From NCBI RefSeq assembly GCF_036971445.1, contig NC_091470.1, forward strand, positions 160,766,001-160,830,000: a stretch of 64,000 nt of DNA, read 5' to 3'. The position numbers were made by a program, and so were the translations under genes. This document shows, piece after piece, positions 62,146 through 64,000 of this stretch (position 1 is its first letter; each line of letters opens with the position of its first letter). The stretch comes from Narcine bancroftii (lineage: Eukaryota). Under the pieces are notes generated by a model that did no database searches, was not told the DNA's origin, and saw only the letters and a list, made by a program, of their open reading frames with translations.

Positions 62146-62230
62146 TATACTCCCCCATACAGCCTTGGAAGAGATTTATAGGTTTACCGGAAGCTATGTG
62201 TGTATGGACAGCTTCAAAGGGAGAACATAA
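62146..62230 (+). CDS. DHRS3: DHRS3 exon 6 (last)
   Basis: TGCAG acceptor; [30 protein letters not shown]. The six exons total 909 nt = 302 aa. Confidence 0.95.
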
Positions 62231-63299
62231 GAGGCCCAGCACGCGCTCCGGACTCCCTCTCCAACCTCCCAAGCAAGCTGGAAATTGAACTTTTCAGAAC
62301 GTCTGTGGCAGGCGTCTCTGACATTACTTTCCTGTCAAGTCTTGCAGAATGTTGAGCATCAAATCCTCTCGAGGGCAACGTGGCCCTGAGCTCGCTCTCG
62401 GGAAAGTGAGCTGTGTAATCCAACAAGACATTAACGGATGGACAAGAACTTGGTGACTTGTTGAGTGTCTTCATTCTAAATATAACTTGGGAGCGTCTGA
62501 AATCCTTCACCGGCAAAACTGTGTGGCTTCTACATCTGCTATTTGCATCGATGGCATTCTATGGGCAGCTTGTTTTACTGGATGTGATTTTTTTGTTTCT
62601 CTCCCTCCACATTGCAGCAATGACTTTGTGTACAGTTCCAATTGGGGTTCTGCGTAGTAACAGGAATTCCAGTGATAATTCCTCCCTTTTCCTTTTTAAA
62701 ATTATAACCATATAACCATATACAGTGTGGAAACAGGCCATGTAGGCCCTTCGAGTCCGCGCCGGTTCACTTGAACAACTCCACTAGGTCCTCCCTCCCG
62801 CTCTCCGCCCATAATCCTCCAACCCCCTCACCTCCATGTACACATCCAACCTTCTCTTAAATGACAGAAGGGACCCTGCCACAACTATCTCTTTTGGAAG
62901 ATCATTCCATTCTGCCACCACTCTCTGAGTGTAAAAGCATCCTTTAATATTTCTCCAAAATTTTTGCCCCCTAACCCTTAACTTATGCCCTCTTGTCCCT
63001 CAGGGGATCTTCCAGCATTTCTTAGTACAAGAAAATTTGGATAAAGTAAATAGTTAAGCATGTTTGATTGGCATGCAGTTGGGTAAAGAACTGTTTTAAC
63101 ACTTTAGTCTCACTCATACATACCTCATCTCCTTGTGGGAATTCGATATCTGATCCAGTGCCATTCAGTAAAATTTTATTGCCTTGGGATAATTCCTTTG
63201 TTTGAAGTAAATATTTGCCATGTTTGTTCTGTAAATTTTAATATTTAAACTAATTTGCCATCTGGCCTAAAAATTCTTCCTTTTCAAGTTTAATGAATG

Positions 63300-63305
63300 A
63301 ATAAA
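63300..63305 (+). terminator. Candidate DHRS3 polyadenylation signal
   Basis: AATAAA about 1.07 kb after the stop codon. Confidence 0.35.
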
Positions 63306-64000
63306 ATGAAGAATGAACTGGCCTGGGAATGTTCATTTTTCTGCACCAGGAACGGGAATAGGCTGTCTGGTCCTTCCAGCCTGAGGTGTTGTGTAAGATC
63401 TGGACTTGTGTGTGATATAACTATGTACTTTTGTGTCTCTTCCTTGTTTAAATTACTGATGAGCCCTGATTTGAAATTAGGATTTGACCTAGAAGTAGAT
63501 GCTGTTCTGCAATGAAAAAAACCCTGGCTTCATTTTTCCTTGAATGTTAAGCAGGAGAAATTTCTCAACACCTGTCAATTTGCTTTATATCTTGAATTTC
63601 AAGCAAATTACCCACAACCTTCATTTAAACCCTTTGAGTGCTGATTGGATTGTGATTAGTTTCTTGCTATACACCTTCCAACATCTGAAACCAGTAACCT
63701 GGAGATTGGAATGTACACATTGCAGCTGTAATTAACTCCATTGGGAAGGGGAACTGTGTAAATTGATAATTTCATGTGGTCTGAGCATGTTTCCATGTGC
63801 AGTTGAGGGAACTTGTAAGTGCTGTAGCCTGAACTGCGAAGCACACCTGCATTTGAGGGAAAAGATCCAGTTGATATATCTGGAAGGGAGCTGCCGTAGG
63901 AATGAGGAAACTGCAACCTACTTTGTGGACAGGGGCATCAGAATCTGAGTGTGCACAGAAACAAAATGAAATGGAACTATTCATTTTAAACCAATGATTT

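Overview
Eukaryotic vertebrate genomic DNA. The repeat complement (CR1/HER1-type LINEs, V-SINE/HE1-type SINEs, DeuSINE, Rex1/Babar) suggests a cartilaginous fish, probably a ray; this is inference. Three spliced genes can be read by hand. (1) CFAP107/C1orf158: the first two coding exons, minus strand; the rest lies left of the window. (2) One complete 4-exon AADACL3/4-like lipase/esterase: minus strand, 416 aa. (3) A complete 6-exon DHRS3 retinal reductase: plus strand, 302 aa. Order and orientation match the human 1p36 DHRS3-AADACL4/3-CFAP107 block. Most remaining sequence is transposon-derived, and there is an assembly gap at about 43.4-44.8 kb. The best leads are: two perfect DR5 retinoic-acid response elements plus a perfect DR1 in DHRS3 intron 1; an RFX X-box abutting a forkhead site upstream of CFAP107; an R2-like zinc-finger fragment outside rDNA; three Chapaev3-like elements; a 5S rRNA pseudogene partly overwritten by an inverted copy of nearby DNA; a fold-back Tc1; an old inverted duplication in DHRS3 intron 1; and a 47-bp purine-rich minisatellite abutting the DHRS3 promoter. 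I see no evidence of a wholly new multi-gene system.
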